Under the pieces are notes generated by a model. The model was not told the DNA's origin. It saw only the letters and a list, made by a program, of their open reading frames with translations, and ran no database searches. The translations under genes were made by a program, and so were the position numbers. Shown piece by piece: positions 1-10,411 of a stretch of DNA of 64,000 nucleotides. How positions within the stretch are numbered: the first letter of the stretch is position 1; each line of letters starts with the position of its first letter. The stretch covers positions 1,467-65,466 of the forward strand of contig CALQYS010000001.1 in assembly GCA_943348755.1 (NCBI GenBank), read 5' to 3'. This DNA comes from Candidatus Nomurabacteria bacterium (GTDB lineage Bacteria; Patescibacteriota; Minisyncoccia; Phycocordibacterales; UBA9973).

Positions 1-27
1 TTTTTTGTTTAAATTAAACCCAAAAAT

Positions 28-1845
28 ATGGAAATTAGAAACATAGCAATTATCGCGCACGTCGACCATGGCAAGACTACCTTGACTGATGGTTTGATGA
101 AGCAGAATGGTGCCTTTAAAGATGAGGCAGCGTCAATGGATTCAAATGCCCTCGAAAAGGAGCGTGGTATCACTATTTATGCCAAAAATACTTCTATTAG
201 TTACAAAGGTACGAAAATAAATATAGTTGATACTCCTGGTCATGCGGATTTCGGTTCAGAGGTAGAACGTGTTTTGCGTGCTGTTGATTCAGTTTTATTA
301 CTGGTTGACGCAGTAGAGGGTCCGATGCCACAGACTAGATTTGTTTTAAAGAAGTCTCTTGAACTTGGCCTCAAACCAATCGTAGTGATAAATAAAATAG
401 ATAAACCAGCTGCTGAACCTGAGCGAGTCCACAATGAGATTTTAGAATTATTTTTCGAATTAGGTGCGAATGAAGAACAGGCCAATTTCGAGACGATATA
501 TGCTATCGGGCGCGAGGGCAAAGCTTTCCAAAAGTTAGGGGATACATCGACAGATTTATCTCCACTCCTCGATTTGATTCTAGAAAAAGTTCCTCCAGCT
601 TCGGTCAAGCCAGACGGCAAGATGTCTGCGCAGGTTTTTAACTTGGGATATGACAATTTTCTAGGCAGAATGGCGGTGGCCAGAATTTATTCCGGTAAAA
701 TTTCTTCTGGCAGTAATATTTTTATCAAGGGCGAAAAGGGGACACGTAAGGGCAAGATAACAAAACTTTTTTCTTTCCAGGGAATAGAAAGAAAAGAAGT
801 AGATTCTGCGACTTCTGGTGACATCGTGATGCTTGCCGGGATTCCTGACATATATATAGGTGAGACTTTATGTGAAGATGAGTCTGTAGAGCCATTACCC
901 CACATTGCTATCGATGAACCCACCCTCTCCTTAAATTTTTTAGTGAACGACTCTCCATTTGCTGGCAAGGAAGGAAAATTTGTGACTTCAAGACAGATAA
1001 AGGAAAGATTAGAGAAGGAATTAGAAATCAACGTTGGTCTAAAAGTCGACTTTTCTCCGGATCAAGGTGATAAATTCGGCCCCAGTTTTTTCAAGGTCTA
1101 TGGGCGAGGAGAACTTCACATTGCTATTCTTCTAGAATATATGCGTCGAGAGGGATTTGAAATGCAGGTTTCTCAACCAGAAGTGATCATTAAAGAAGAA
1201 AATGCAAATGGACTTACTGTTAAAACAGAGCCCTATGAAGAGCTGGTGATAGATGTCCCAATGGAGGCAAGTGGTGGGGTGATAGAAAAAATAGGTAAAA
1301 GACGTGGCATTATGAAGGATATGGTAGAGAAAGAAGGTATTGCCAGGATCATTTTTGATATACCGACACGCGGATTACTCGGCTACCGTGGAGAATTCAT
1401 CATTGACACAAAGGGTGAAGGTATCATGAGTTCTCGGGTGACTGGATTCAAGGAATATGCAGGCGAAATAAAAAAGAGAGAGTATGGTTCTATGACTTCG
1501 ATGGTCTCTGGCAAGGCAGTAGCCTTCTCGCTTGCAAATTTACAAGAACGTGGTATATTGTACGTAGGACATGGTACAGAAGTTTATGAAGGAATGGTGG
1601 TGGGCAATGTTTTAAAGGGAGAGGATATGGCGGTCAACCCTACGAAGGGCAAGCAATTGACCAATATGAGAGCTTCTGGTACCGATGAAGCTATCGTACT
1701 CAATCCTATCTTTACCCTGAGCATTGAACGAGCGCTAGAGGTAATGAATGGAGACGAATACTTAGAAATTACCCCAAAATCTGTTCGACTTCGCAAGAAA
1801 TACTTAACTGAACTAGACCGAAAAAAGCATGGTGAAAAGAAATAA
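28..1845 (+). CDS. typA: Translational GTPase TypA/BipA
   Basis: N-terminal G-domain AHVDHGKTTL and DTPGHADF motifs; ~605 aa, the typical BipA length. Confidence 0.9.
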   Translation: MEIRNIAIIAHVDHGKTTLTDGLMKQNGAFKDEAASMDSNALEKERGITIYAKNTSISYKGTKINIVDTPGHADFGSEVERVLRAVDSVLLLVDAVEGPMPQTRFVLKKSLELGLKPIVVINKIDKPAAEPERVHNEILELFFELGANEEQANFETIYAIGREGKAFQKLGDTSTDLSPLLDLILEKVPPASVKPDGKMSAQVFNLGYDNFLGRMAVARIYSGKISSGSNIFIKGEKGTRKGKITKLFSFQGIERKEVDSATSGDIVMLAGIPDIYIGETLCEDESVEPLPHIAIDEPTLSLNFLVNDSPFAGKEGKFVTSRQIKERLEKELEINVGLKVDFSPDQGDKFGPSFFKVYGRGELHIAILLEYMRREGFEMQVSQPEVIIKEENANGLTVKTEPYEELVIDVPMEASGGVIEKIGKRRGIMKDMVEKEGIARIIFDIPTRGLLGYRGEFIIDTKGEGIMSSRVTGFKEYAGEIKKREYGSMTSMVSGKAVAFSLANLQERGILYVGHGTEVYEGMVVGNVLKGEDMAVNPTKGKQLTNMRASGTDEAIVLNPIFTLSIERALEVMNGDEYLEITPKSVRLRKKYLTELDRKKHGEKK

Positions 1846-1871
1846 TTAATCACCGAAAATATTAAAAAATT

Positions 1872-2900
1872 ATGTCAACGATAACTTTCAAACCAAAAAA
1901 AGTAACAAAGAAAATAATTTCACAGCTCGCTCCACGCGCGTCTGATGTTATTATGAATCGTTTTGGTTTGACAGCTGACGGTAAAAGAAAAACTCTCGAA
2001 GAAATTGGCCAGAAATATAACATTACTAGGGAACGTGTGCGTCAAGTTGAGGACGCGGCCTTAAACCTTATTAAAAAGTCTGATGTTTACCGAAGGGAAC
2101 AGGCTGTCTTTGATGAGTTAAAACAATTAGTGCGCAAATTAGGATCAATCGTTGCTGAACATGAACTATTGCCTTACATTTCTAAAGACAGGGCGACTCA
2201 AAACCACATAAATTTCTTTATGGTTTTGTCTGATGCTTTCAAAAGACATCGGGAAGATGATCATTTTCATACTCGCTGGAGTGTCGAAGATGAAGTGGTG
2301 GATAAAGTACATGAAACTCTTAGGAAACTCTACGCTAGTTTGAATGACGAAGATCTAGTCCCAGAGACAGAGATGATTAAGAAATTTTTTGAACACATGG
2401 GAACTCTCTCAGAAGAGTACAGGGATGATGAGATCGCCAAGAGATGGCTTTCTATGTCTAAGACAGTAGCTAAAAATCCACTTGGAGAATGGGGTAAGGC
2501 TAGTTCTGCAAATATTCGCATTCGCGGAGTCAAGGATTATGCGTATCTGGTTATGAGGCGTCATGGGACACCGCTACATTTCAAGGAAGTCGCGGACTCT
2601 ATATCTAAAACTTTTAATAAAAAGATCCACTATGCTACTTGTCATAATGAACTCATCAAAGATCCCCGATTCGTGTTGGTGGGCAGGGGCATGTATGCTC
2701 TCGCTGAGTGGGGTTATAAGAAGGGTATTGCTCGTGAAGTCATTGCCGATATTTTAAAACGGGAAGGACCGCTGTCTAAAGAAGACGTTATCAAGAAGGT
2801 GAACAAGGAAAGATATTTCAAGAAAAATACTATTTTGGTCAATCTGGTAAATCTAAAATACTTCAAAAAGAACAAAAGTGGACTTTACGTGACAGTTTAG
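1872..2900 (+). CDS. Hypothetical protein with an N-terminal sigma-70 region-4-like HTH (ITRERVRQVEDAAL) and a C-terminal domain of unknown function
   Basis: Region 4.2-like motif near the N-terminus; the remaining ~280 aa have no recognisable signature; first gene of an apparent 3-gene operon. Confidence 0.45.
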   Translation: MSTITFKPKKVTKKIISQLAPRASDVIMNRFGLTADGKRKTLEEIGQKYNITRERVRQVEDAALNLIKKSDVYRREQAVFDELKQLVRKLGSIVAEHELLPYISKDRATQNHINFFMVLSDAFKRHREDDHFHTRWSVEDEVVDKVHETLRKLYASLNDEDLVPETEMIKKFFEHMGTLSEEYRDDEIAKRWLSMSKTVAKNPLGEWGKASSANIRIRGVKDYAYLVMRRHGTPLHFKEVADSISKTFNKKIHYATCHNELIKDPRFVLVGRGMYALAEWGYKKGIAREVIADILKREGPLSKEDVIKKVNKERYFKKNTILVNLVNLKYFKKNKSGLYVTV

Positions 2901-2913
2901 ATAAAATGTAGGT

Positions 2914-4224
2914 ATGCTTGCTCCAGTGCTTCATTTTTTTAACCAAATAATATTAGCCGTTTTACCCTTCATAGCCATTATATTACTTGGTCGCATCGCT
3001 TGGAAATTTTGGCTTCATTACATACAACAGGATTTTATTTCCGGTATTGATTTTGTCTTGTTGGAGATAACCCCTCCGCGTGATGTTCTACGCAGTCCTA
3101 AGGCCATGGAGCTCTTTATCACCAACGCTCTTTATCACATGAGCTTAAAAGGCGGTAAGGAAGAATATTGGCAAGGTGCCGTGTGGTTTTGGTTTTCACT
3201 AGAAATTGCCTCTATTGATGGGCAGGTGCATTTTTACATTCGCACCCCGACGCGCGTGCGGGGTTTGATCGAAACTCAGATGTATGCCCAATACCCTCAA
3301 TCACAAATAAGGGCTGTAGAAGATTACACATTAGCCGTCGATGAGATAACCCCAAAAAGCGCTTGGAATGGCTGGGGCTGTGAATTCAAGCTAGAAAAGC
3401 ACGAAGCCTTCCCAATAAAGACATATGTTGATTTTGGGCTAGACAAAGATCCAAAAGAAGAATTCAAAGTTGACCCTGTTTCTCCAGTCGTAGAGCTTTT
3501 TGGTTCTATGAAAAAGGGGGAGCAGATGTGGATGCAGATTGTGATTACTCCCACAAAGAAAACTTGGCATACTCACGGCACCTGGTTTGGAAAGCATGAT
3601 TTTATAATAGAATCTCAAGAGGTAATCAATAAAATGTTAAGACCCTATACTCGTTTACAGCAAGGTATAGATAAAAAAGAATATGCGAAAGAAATACGAC
3701 CTCCTAAATTTTTCGATAATGTGCTGACGGCTATGACTGCTAAGACTGGCAAGGTTGGTTTTGATACTGGTATTCGGGTGTTCTATGCGGCCAAAAAGGA
3801 GGTTTTTGATCCAAATAATAGGAGAAATCTTCGTCTCGCTTTTCGTCAATATGCAAAGCCAGACTGTAACCAGTTGGCACGTTGTAACAGCACCCAAGCG
3901 GATGCTTATAGTGGAATATTTCTAGCTTCCAAAAAGACCATTATGACTTTAGCCAACAGAATGCTCAGAGAATACAGAGAACGTTCTTTTTTTCACGAAT
4001 CTTTGAGACAACAGGTATTTGCCAAACCGCATTTCCAATGGCCAATCATGGATGTTTTTACTGTAGACAGTATTATCAAGGCCTACTTTCATCCAAATAC
4101 TTTCGTTTTAAACACTGAAGAGATAGCGACCATGTGGCACTTCCCAGGCCAGATCTTGAAGGTTCCTACTTTGGAACGTATCGAATCCAAAGAAGCTTCG
4201 CCACCTACCAATTTGCCGATATAG
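2914..4224 (+). CDS. Hypothetical membrane-anchored protein (one N-terminal TM helix plus a ~400 aa soluble domain)
   Basis: Hydrophobic N-terminal stretch ILAVLPFIAIILLGRIAWKFWL; long ORF with consistent codon usage; sits between the sigma-r4-like gene and Cys-rich paralog A. Confidence 0.5.
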   Translation: MLAPVLHFFNQIILAVLPFIAIILLGRIAWKFWLHYIQQDFISGIDFVLLEITPPRDVLRSPKAMELFITNALYHMSLKGGKEEYWQGAVWFWFSLEIASIDGQVHFYIRTPTRVRGLIETQMYAQYPQSQIRAVEDYTLAVDEITPKSAWNGWGCEFKLEKHEAFPIKTYVDFGLDKDPKEEFKVDPVSPVVELFGSMKKGEQMWMQIVITPTKKTWHTHGTWFGKHDFIIESQEVINKMLRPYTRLQQGIDKKEYAKEIRPPKFFDNVLTAMTAKTGKVGFDTGIRVFYAAKKEVFDPNNRRNLRLAFRQYAKPDCNQLARCNSTQADAYSGIFLASKKTIMTLANRMLREYRERSFFHESLRQQVFAKPHFQWPIMDVFTVDSIIKAYFHPNTFVLNTEEIATMWHFPGQILKVPTLERIESKEASPPTNLPI

Positions 4225-4245
4225 GGGTTTTCGTTTTATCTAAAT

Positions 4246-6024
4246 ATGAATTCAGAAAAGAAGTGTTGTCAAAACTGTAAAAAGGACTTCACGATAGAAA
4301 TTGAAGATTTTTCATTTTATGTAAAAATGAAGGTACCACCTCCGACTTTTTGTCCCGAGTGCAGGCTTATTCGGCGACTTGCCTTTCGGGAAGAGCGATC
4401 TTTCTATAAAGATGAATGTGCTAAATGTGGAGAAAAAATTGTCAGTTTATTTGCGCCCGAAACTTCTTTTACTGTTTATTGTTCTTCTTGTTGGTGGAGT
4501 GATAGTTGGGATGGCACAGATTATGGTAAAGATTATGATTTTTCCAAGCCGTTTTTCGAGCAATTGTATGAATTGCAAAAAGTTGTTCCATTGCAAGCAA
4601 CAAATCTAAGAAATTGTACTGATTGTAAGTATTGTCATGGATGTATTCGCTCTAAGAATTGCACTTTTGTCTTTACTAGTCTTCAATCCATTAATTGTTA
4701 CTATTGCGAAACACCAGTTTTTTCTAGAGATTCCTTTGATTCCAATTTTATTATGAATGCTGATCATGTTTATGAAGGTGTTAATATAGGCGGGGTGTAT
4801 AATTCAAAATTCATATATTTTTCAGACGAATGTCTTGATTGCTCCTTCGTTTTTAATTGTCTTGGTTGTTCTGATTGTTTTGGATGTGTAAATTTAAGAA
4901 ATCAAAAATATTGTATTTTTAACCAAAAATACACAAAAGAAGATTACAAGAAGGAGATTCTCAGGTGGGACTTGGGTAGTTATAAAATAATCGAAGAAGC
5001 AAGAAAAAAATTTACAGAACTTTATTATAAAACGCCAAGAAGATTTGCGTTAATTTCACGTTCTAGTGATGTTAGCGGTGATGACATTCAAAATACCAAA
5101 AACTGTAGGGTATGTTTCTCGGCTGTTTATGGTGTAGAAAATTGTAAATTTATTTTTCATGGAGGTCTTTTATTAAAAGATAGCTATGATTTTACTTTAG
5201 GTGGAGATAATTCTGAACTTTTATATGAAGTCAGCGGGAGTACCCAATCACAACGAATTCTTTTTACCCGTGGAAGCAATGAAGCCATCGATGTTGAATA
5301 TTCAGATCAGATTTATGGAGGTTTTAATTTATTTGGTTGCACAAAGTTGAGAACAAAAAAATATTGTATTTTAAATAAACAATACACCAAAGAAGAATAT
5401 GAAAAACTAATTCCCAAAATAAAAAAACACATGAATGATATGCCATATATAGATAGCAACGGAAGGATATATAAATATGGAGAATTCTGCCCGCCTGAGC
5501 ATTCTTTGTGGGCATACAATGAATCATGGGCACATCAATATTTTCCCATCAAAAAAGAAGAAGCTATAAAACAAGGATATAAATGGCGCGATTCTATAGA
5601 AAGAGATTACAAAGTAAGCATTAAATCAGGAGATCTACCCGATCATATTAAAGATGTTTTGGACTCTATTTTAGATGAAGTGATAGAATGTGAACATGAC
5701 GGTAGTGATTGTAACCAGCAGTGTACTGCGGCATTTAGAATTTTACCAAACGAGTTGCAATTTTATAGACAAATGAATTTGGCTTTACCCAGATTGTGTC
5801 CAAATTGTCGTCATTATGAACGTTTAAAGAAGGCTAATCCACCCAAACTTTGGCATAGAAAATGCATGTGCGGGGGTGTGGGATCAGAGAATAAAGAATA
5901 TGAAAATACAGCTAGACATTTTCATGCTACAGATCCTTGCCCAAACGAATTTGAGACTGCGATAAGTGACTCGAGGGAAGAAATAGTGTATTGTGAGAAG
6001 TGTTACCAAAGCGAATTTATATGA
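4246..6024 (+). CDS. Cys-rich zinc-ribbon repeat protein, family member A (592 aa, ~45 Cys)
   Basis: N-terminal CxxC-x24-CxxC and a second CxxC..CxxC; central repeats rich in CxxC; duplicated KYCI[FL]NKQYTKEEY motif; C-terminal LPRLCPNCR...LWHRKCMC...YCEKCYQSEFI; paralogous to six other ORFs in the window. Confidence 0.7.
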   Translation: MNSEKKCCQNCKKDFTIEIEDFSFYVKMKVPPPTFCPECRLIRRLAFREERSFYKDECAKCGEKIVSLFAPETSFTVYCSSCWWSDSWDGTDYGKDYDFSKPFFEQLYELQKVVPLQATNLRNCTDCKYCHGCIRSKNCTFVFTSLQSINCYYCETPVFSRDSFDSNFIMNADHVYEGVNIGGVYNSKFIYFSDECLDCSFVFNCLGCSDCFGCVNLRNQKYCIFNQKYTKEDYKKEILRWDLGSYKIIEEARKKFTELYYKTPRRFALISRSSDVSGDDIQNTKNCRVCFSAVYGVENCKFIFHGGLLLKDSYDFTLGGDNSELLYEVSGSTQSQRILFTRGSNEAIDVEYSDQIYGGFNLFGCTKLRTKKYCILNKQYTKEEYEKLIPKIKKHMNDMPYIDSNGRIYKYGEFCPPEHSLWAYNESWAHQYFPIKKEEAIKQGYKWRDSIERDYKVSIKSGDLPDHIKDVLDSILDEVIECEHDGSDCNQQCTAAFRILPNELQFYRQMNLALPRLCPNCRHYERLKKANPPKLWHRKCMCGGVGSENKEYENTARHFHATDPCPNEFETAISDSREEIVYCEKCYQSEFI

Positions 6025-7019
6025 AAAAATTGGCAGATAAGCTTAAATTATTTCGAGTTACTTTTCCTTTAATCTTTAGCACTATTAAATTTCGTGTAAA
6101 AGTTTTTTTCTATAAAATTTCTAAAAAGACCACATTCTTTTCAGGAAAGATTCTTATTTTTTTATTTGGATTGGCAATATTTTTTTCTCTTTTATTTTTT
6201 TTCTTTTTAAATTCTCCATCTGATTTTCCAGTTGGGACGATTTTCAGAGTGGAGCAGGGAAGCAGTTTAAGAAGTGTGTCTTTGGGGTTAAAGGAACAGC
6301 ACATTATACGTTCGCGTTTAGCATTTGAAGCCTTTGTGATACTTTTTGGTAGAGAAAAGGGCGTCGTATTTACGGATTATTATTTTGAAGATAAGTTGTC
6401 AGTCTATGAAGTTGCGCACCGTATATCAAGAGGTGAACATCACATGGCGCCAATTGTTGTGACTGTTCCAGAGGGGTTTACGATAGCCCAGATTGCTGAC
6501 ACTTTTGCTGCCAAACTAACTAATTTCGATAAAAATAAATTTACGTTAGAAGCAAGAGGATTAGAGGGGTATCTTTTTCCAGATACTTATTTTTTCTTAA
6601 TTAATGACGATGATACTAGAGTGCTTTCTTCAATGAGAGAAAATTTCAATAAAAAAATGCTTTTAATAAAATCAGATACTAGTCTTTCTAGGAAAACAGA
6701 AAAAGAAATCATCACAATGGCTTCTCTAATTGAAGGGGAAGCAGAAGGAGATACAGACCGAGCTTTCATTTCTGGGATTTTATGGAAAAGACTTACAATT
6801 GGTATGCCTCTCCAGGTAGATTCATCATCTGATACATATAAGAAAAGGGGTTTACCAGAGAGCCCAATCAATAATCCAGGTCTCGAGGCGATTAAAGCTG
6901 CTATTTATCCACAAAGTTCACCATATCTTTATTATTTGCATGACAAGAATGGCGTTATCCATTACGCACGAACTTTTCAGGAACACACAAAGAATAAGTT
7001 AAAATATTTGACCCACTAA
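6021..7019 (+). CDS. mltG: Endolytic murein transglycosylase MltG (YceG family)
   Basis: N-terminal TM helix and GYLFPDTYFF motif; ATG overlaps the upstream TGA stop (ATGA). Confidence 0.8.
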   Translation: MKKLADKLKLFRVTFPLIFSTIKFRVKVFFYKISKKTTFFSGKILIFLFGLAIFFSLLFFFFLNSPSDFPVGTIFRVEQGSSLRSVSLGLKEQHIIRSRLAFEAFVILFGREKGVVFTDYYFEDKLSVYEVAHRISRGEHHMAPIVVTVPEGFTIAQIADTFAAKLTNFDKNKFTLEARGLEGYLFPDTYFFLINDDDTRVLSSMRENFNKKMLLIKSDTSLSRKTEKEIITMASLIEGEAEGDTDRAFISGILWKRLTIGMPLQVDSSSDTYKKRGLPESPINNPGLEAIKAAIYPQSSPYLYYLHDKNGVIHYARTFQEHTKNKLKYLTH

Positions 7020-7045
7020 GTAATTTTGTTAGACTAGACAGTGTT

Positions 7046-8248
7046 ATGAAAAAAGGGTTAGTTTTTGTAGGAATATCCGGCGGTGTTGATTCCGCAGTCA
7101 GCGCAGCATTGCTTCAAAAAGCAGGTTATGAAGTCGTGGGGGTTTTTATCAAGACTTGGCACCCGGATTTCCTAGAATGCAATGAAGAAGAAGAGCGACG
7201 GGATGCCATGCGCGTGGCTGCTTTTTTAGATATTCCATTTTTAACTTTTGATTTTGAGGATATTTACAAAAAAGAGGTGGCAGACTATATGATCCGTGAG
7301 TACAAAGCTGGAAGGACACCCAATCCAGATGTGATGTGCAATAAGGAAGTAAAGTTTGGTGCTTTCCTTAAAAAAGCTCTCGCTATGGGGGCGGATTTTG
7401 TGGCAACTGGGCATTATGCACAAGATGGAAACCTGAAGAATTCTCCCGCCTTCGCCCTCGGAGACAAAAGGACAGGGGACCGACACGGCTCCTTTAATTC
7501 TTCAGGTTTCCATCTTTTTAAAGGTGTTGATTCTTCTAAAGACCAAAGTTATTTTTTGTGGACACTCACACAAGAGCAATTAAGTAAAATTTTATTTCCA
7601 GTCGGACATTTAAAGAAAACAGAAGTTAGAGAACTAGCAAAAAAGTTGGCACTGCCTGTGGCAGAAAAAAAGGACAGCCAGGGGATATGTTTTTTGGGCG
7701 CTGTAGATCTAAAAGAATTTCTAAAACATTATATTAAAGAAAAAAGAGGCAAAGTTTTAAATGAGTCGGGTGAGGAGATTGGTTATCATTCTGGTGCAGT
7801 TTTCCATACGCTTGGCGAACGTCATGGCTTTACTATTACCAAGAAAAATCCAAACGATGGACCGTACTATGTAGTGGAAAAGGATGTCAAAAAGAATATT
7901 TTAATCGTGTCACAGGATAAAAATACAGAAAAATTCCTTTATGAAAGGCTACGGAGGCCGACGGGCCGAGTCTTGAGCGAAAATTCAGCAGAATTTTACG
8001 CGTCCTTTCAGAAAGGAGATTTTACTCTATTTTTAGATAATACCAATTGGATTTCCGAAATTCCACAATCAAATAAGACCTATACAGCTCAAATCCGTTA
8101 TCATGGAGAATTCTTACCATGCAAAGTTGGAATCATAAGTAAGACAAAAGCAAAAATTATCTTCAAACAACCAATTGTTGTGGCTTCTGGCCAGTCTTGT
8201 GTTATTTATGATAAGAGTATTTGTCTTGGTGGCGGAGTTGTTATATAA
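7046..8248 (+). CDS. mnmA: tRNA-specific 2-thiouridylase MnmA
   Basis: PP-loop SGGVDSAV, a conserved Cys, and the C-terminal MnmA fold motifs. Confidence 0.9.
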   Translation: MKKGLVFVGISGGVDSAVSAALLQKAGYEVVGVFIKTWHPDFLECNEEEERRDAMRVAAFLDIPFLTFDFEDIYKKEVADYMIREYKAGRTPNPDVMCNKEVKFGAFLKKALAMGADFVATGHYAQDGNLKNSPAFALGDKRTGDRHGSFNSSGFHLFKGVDSSKDQSYFLWTLTQEQLSKILFPVGHLKKTEVRELAKKLALPVAEKKDSQGICFLGAVDLKEFLKHYIKEKRGKVLNESGEEIGYHSGAVFHTLGERHGFTITKKNPNDGPYYVVEKDVKKNILIVSQDKNTEKFLYERLRRPTGRVLSENSAEFYASFQKGDFTLFLDNTNWISEIPQSNKTYTAQIRYHGEFLPCKVGIISKTKAKIIFKQPIVVASGQSCVIYDKSICLGGGVVI

Positions 8249-8255
8249 TAAATCC

Positions 8256-8732
8256 ATGCTTGAATTTTTGACACAAAATAACGATATGACTTTGAAGCTT
8301 GTAGTGGCAGTTGTTCTTGGGATGGTTATTGGGGCAGAACGTATTTTGGCGCACAAGGAGGCTGGCATGAAAACTCATGCTCTCGTCTCTCTCGGGTCAG
8401 CTTTGTTTGTTATTATTTCAGAAATGATATTTATAAAATATGGTGTAGTTGGGGATTTTGATCCGACCAGAATTGCCTCCCAGATAATTGTGGGTATTGG
8501 GTTTTTGGGTGCCGGTTCTATAATTCTGCAAGGGAATAAACTTTTAGGTCTTACCACAGCCGGGGGGCTTTGGGTCACAGCAGGCATTGGTATGGCTGCA
8601 GGATTCGGATTTTTTGGATTGGCCACCATCACCACTGTTCTTGTATTACTCGTATTGGTTTTAATGAATATCTTAGAAAGACCTATCAGAAAAATGTTCG
8701 ATAATACTGACCAATCTGGAGTCAAACAATAA
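8256..8732 (+). CDS. MgtC/SapB family membrane protein
   Basis: AERIL.HK...G.KTHALVSLGSALF and Gly-rich TM segments typical of MgtC; start moved to the internal ATG at 8256 to avoid overlapping mnmA. Confidence 0.75.
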   Translation: MLEFLTQNNDMTLKLVVAVVLGMVIGAERILAHKEAGMKTHALVSLGSALFVIISEMIFIKYGVVGDFDPTRIASQIIVGIGFLGAGSIILQGNKLLGLTTAGGLWVTAGIGMAAGFGFFGLATITTVLVLLVLVLMNILERPIRKMFDNTDQSGVKQ

Positions 8733-8736
8733 GACT

Positions 8737-10377
8737 ATGCAATCAGATGAAATTCGGTCAAGATTCTTAAAATTTTTTGAAAAAAGAGGACATAAAATAA
8801 TTTCCTCATCTTCACTGGTTCCAGGAGATCCAACAGTTTTATTTACAACTGCCGGAATGCAGCAGTTCAAGCCCTACTATACAGCTCCAGAAAATGCTCT
8901 TCGTGATTTTAGTTCAAAAAATACTACTTCGGCACAAAAATGTGTCCGTACTGTCGATATAGATGAAGTCGGTGACTCTACCCACCTGACTTTTTTTGAG
9001 ATGCTCGGCAATTTTTCTTTTGGTGGCTATGGTAGGCATAATGCCATAAATTATGCTCATGAATTTATCACAAAAGAATTAGGCCTGGAGATTTCTTATG
9101 TGACTTTTTATAAAGGAGAAGGTGTTGTGCCGAGAGACGAAGAATCTAAAGACATTTGGGCGGAGCTGGGTGTAAGAGACATACGTGAAGATGGCAAAGA
9201 TGTCTTTTGGGGGCCAACAGGGGATTCAGGTCCATGTGGTCCGACGACGGAAATTTATTGCAAAAATGCTGATGGGCAAGATGTAGAAATATGGAACATA
9301 GTTTTCAATGAATATTTTTGCGATGGTTCGCGTGAAAAACTAGATAAGGGTGAAGCCAAATTAAAAAAATTAGATGTGCTCGGGGTAGATACTGGCATGG
9401 GGCTAGAGCGGTTGGCTGCGACAGTCCAAAAAAAGAAAGATGTTTACCAGACAGATCTTTTTAATAATGAAAAGACTAGAGAAAAGCGTGTTGTCGCTGA
9501 CCATGTCAAAGCTTCCCTTTTTATGATTTCTGATGGAGTCTTACCTTCAAATGCTGGACGTGGATATATTTTACGCAGATTAATCAGGCGAGCAGTTAGG
9601 TTTTCTAAAAATCCACTCTCAGAAGAAATAGAAAAAATAAAGAAGATATATAAAGGTGTATACATTCTAGATGATAAAGGAGAAATTAAAAAAGAAGAAG
9701 ATAAGTTTAGAGAAACACTTGCAAAAGGTATAAAGGAGTTTGAGAAGGGTATTGACCCGTTCATTTTATTCACGACATGTGGTTTTCCCATAGAACTTAC
9801 TCTTGAACTTGCAAAAGAAAAAGGAAAAGAAATTAACCTGGAAGACTTTAATAAAAAAATGGCTGAGCATCAAAGACTTTCCCAAACTGCCTCTGCGGGC
9901 ATGTTTAAGGGTGGTCTCGCGAATCATAATGAAAAAACCATAAAATTACATACTGCACATCATCTGCTTCTGGCTGGCTTACAAGCTATTGTCGATAAGA
10001 ATATTAAACAGCGAGGAAGTAATATAACTGAAGAACGTTTGCGTATAGACTTTCTCTGTGATCATAAATTGACAGACGAAGAAAAGAAAAAAGTGGAAGA
10101 TTGGGTCAATGATAAAATCAAATCTGGACTAAATGTTGTTCGTAAGGAGATGCCTCTAGCTGAAGCGCAAAAGATAGGCGCAGAGATGGAGTTTGGGGCG
10201 AAGTATCCTGAAACTGTGTCTGTATATTTTATCGAAGACAAAAACAGTAATCCGATTTCTAAAGAATTCTGTGGTGGACCGCACGTCAAAAATACTAGCG
10301 AATTAGGCCAGTTTAAAATTCAAAAAGAAGAGGCGGTGTCTCAAGGTACCAGGCGTATAAAAGCAATTCTTGCATAG
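8737..10377 (+). CDS. alaS: Alanyl-tRNA synthetase, compact form (catalytic core plus editing HxxxH/CxxxH core; no C-Ala domain)
   Basis: FLKFFEKRGHKIISSSSLVP...TVLFTTAGMQQFKP; GRGYILRRLIRR; editing-domain HTAHHLL and FCGGPHV motifs; only 546 aa. Confidence 0.8.
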   Translation: MQSDEIRSRFLKFFEKRGHKIISSSSLVPGDPTVLFTTAGMQQFKPYYTAPENALRDFSSKNTTSAQKCVRTVDIDEVGDSTHLTFFEMLGNFSFGGYGRHNAINYAHEFITKELGLEISYVTFYKGEGVVPRDEESKDIWAELGVRDIREDGKDVFWGPTGDSGPCGPTTEIYCKNADGQDVEIWNIVFNEYFCDGSREKLDKGEAKLKKLDVLGVDTGMGLERLAATVQKKKDVYQTDLFNNEKTREKRVVADHVKASLFMISDGVLPSNAGRGYILRRLIRRAVRFSKNPLSEEIEKIKKIYKGVYILDDKGEIKKEEDKFRETLAKGIKEFEKGIDPFILFTTCGFPIELTLELAKEKGKEINLEDFNKKMAEHQRLSQTASAGMFKGGLANHNEKTIKLHTAHHLLLAGLQAIVDKNIKQRGSNITEERLRIDFLCDHKLTDEEKKKVEDWVNDKIKSGLNVVRKEMPLAEAQKIGAEMEFGAKYPETVSVYFIEDKNSNPISKEFCGGPHVKNTSELGQFKIQKEEAVSQGTRRIKAILA

Positions 10378-10411
10378 TTTTTTTTAACTCGTTTGTGTTA
10401 TAATTCTGGGA

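Noticed and set aside
240-1853. Minus-strand ORFs (240-656, 687-1031, 1584-1853) and many similar antisense ORFs throughout (for example 15635-16234, 23791-24240, 28616-28936)
   Set aside because: They lie entirely inside well-supported sense-strand genes with strong homology signatures and have low-complexity, shadow-frame composition.
6000-6024. TGA recoding (alternative genetic code, as in some CPR lineages)
   Set aside because: TGA ends full-length homologs (for example ATGA overlaps at 6021 and 55368), and protein lengths match families without read-through. The standard bacterial code fits.
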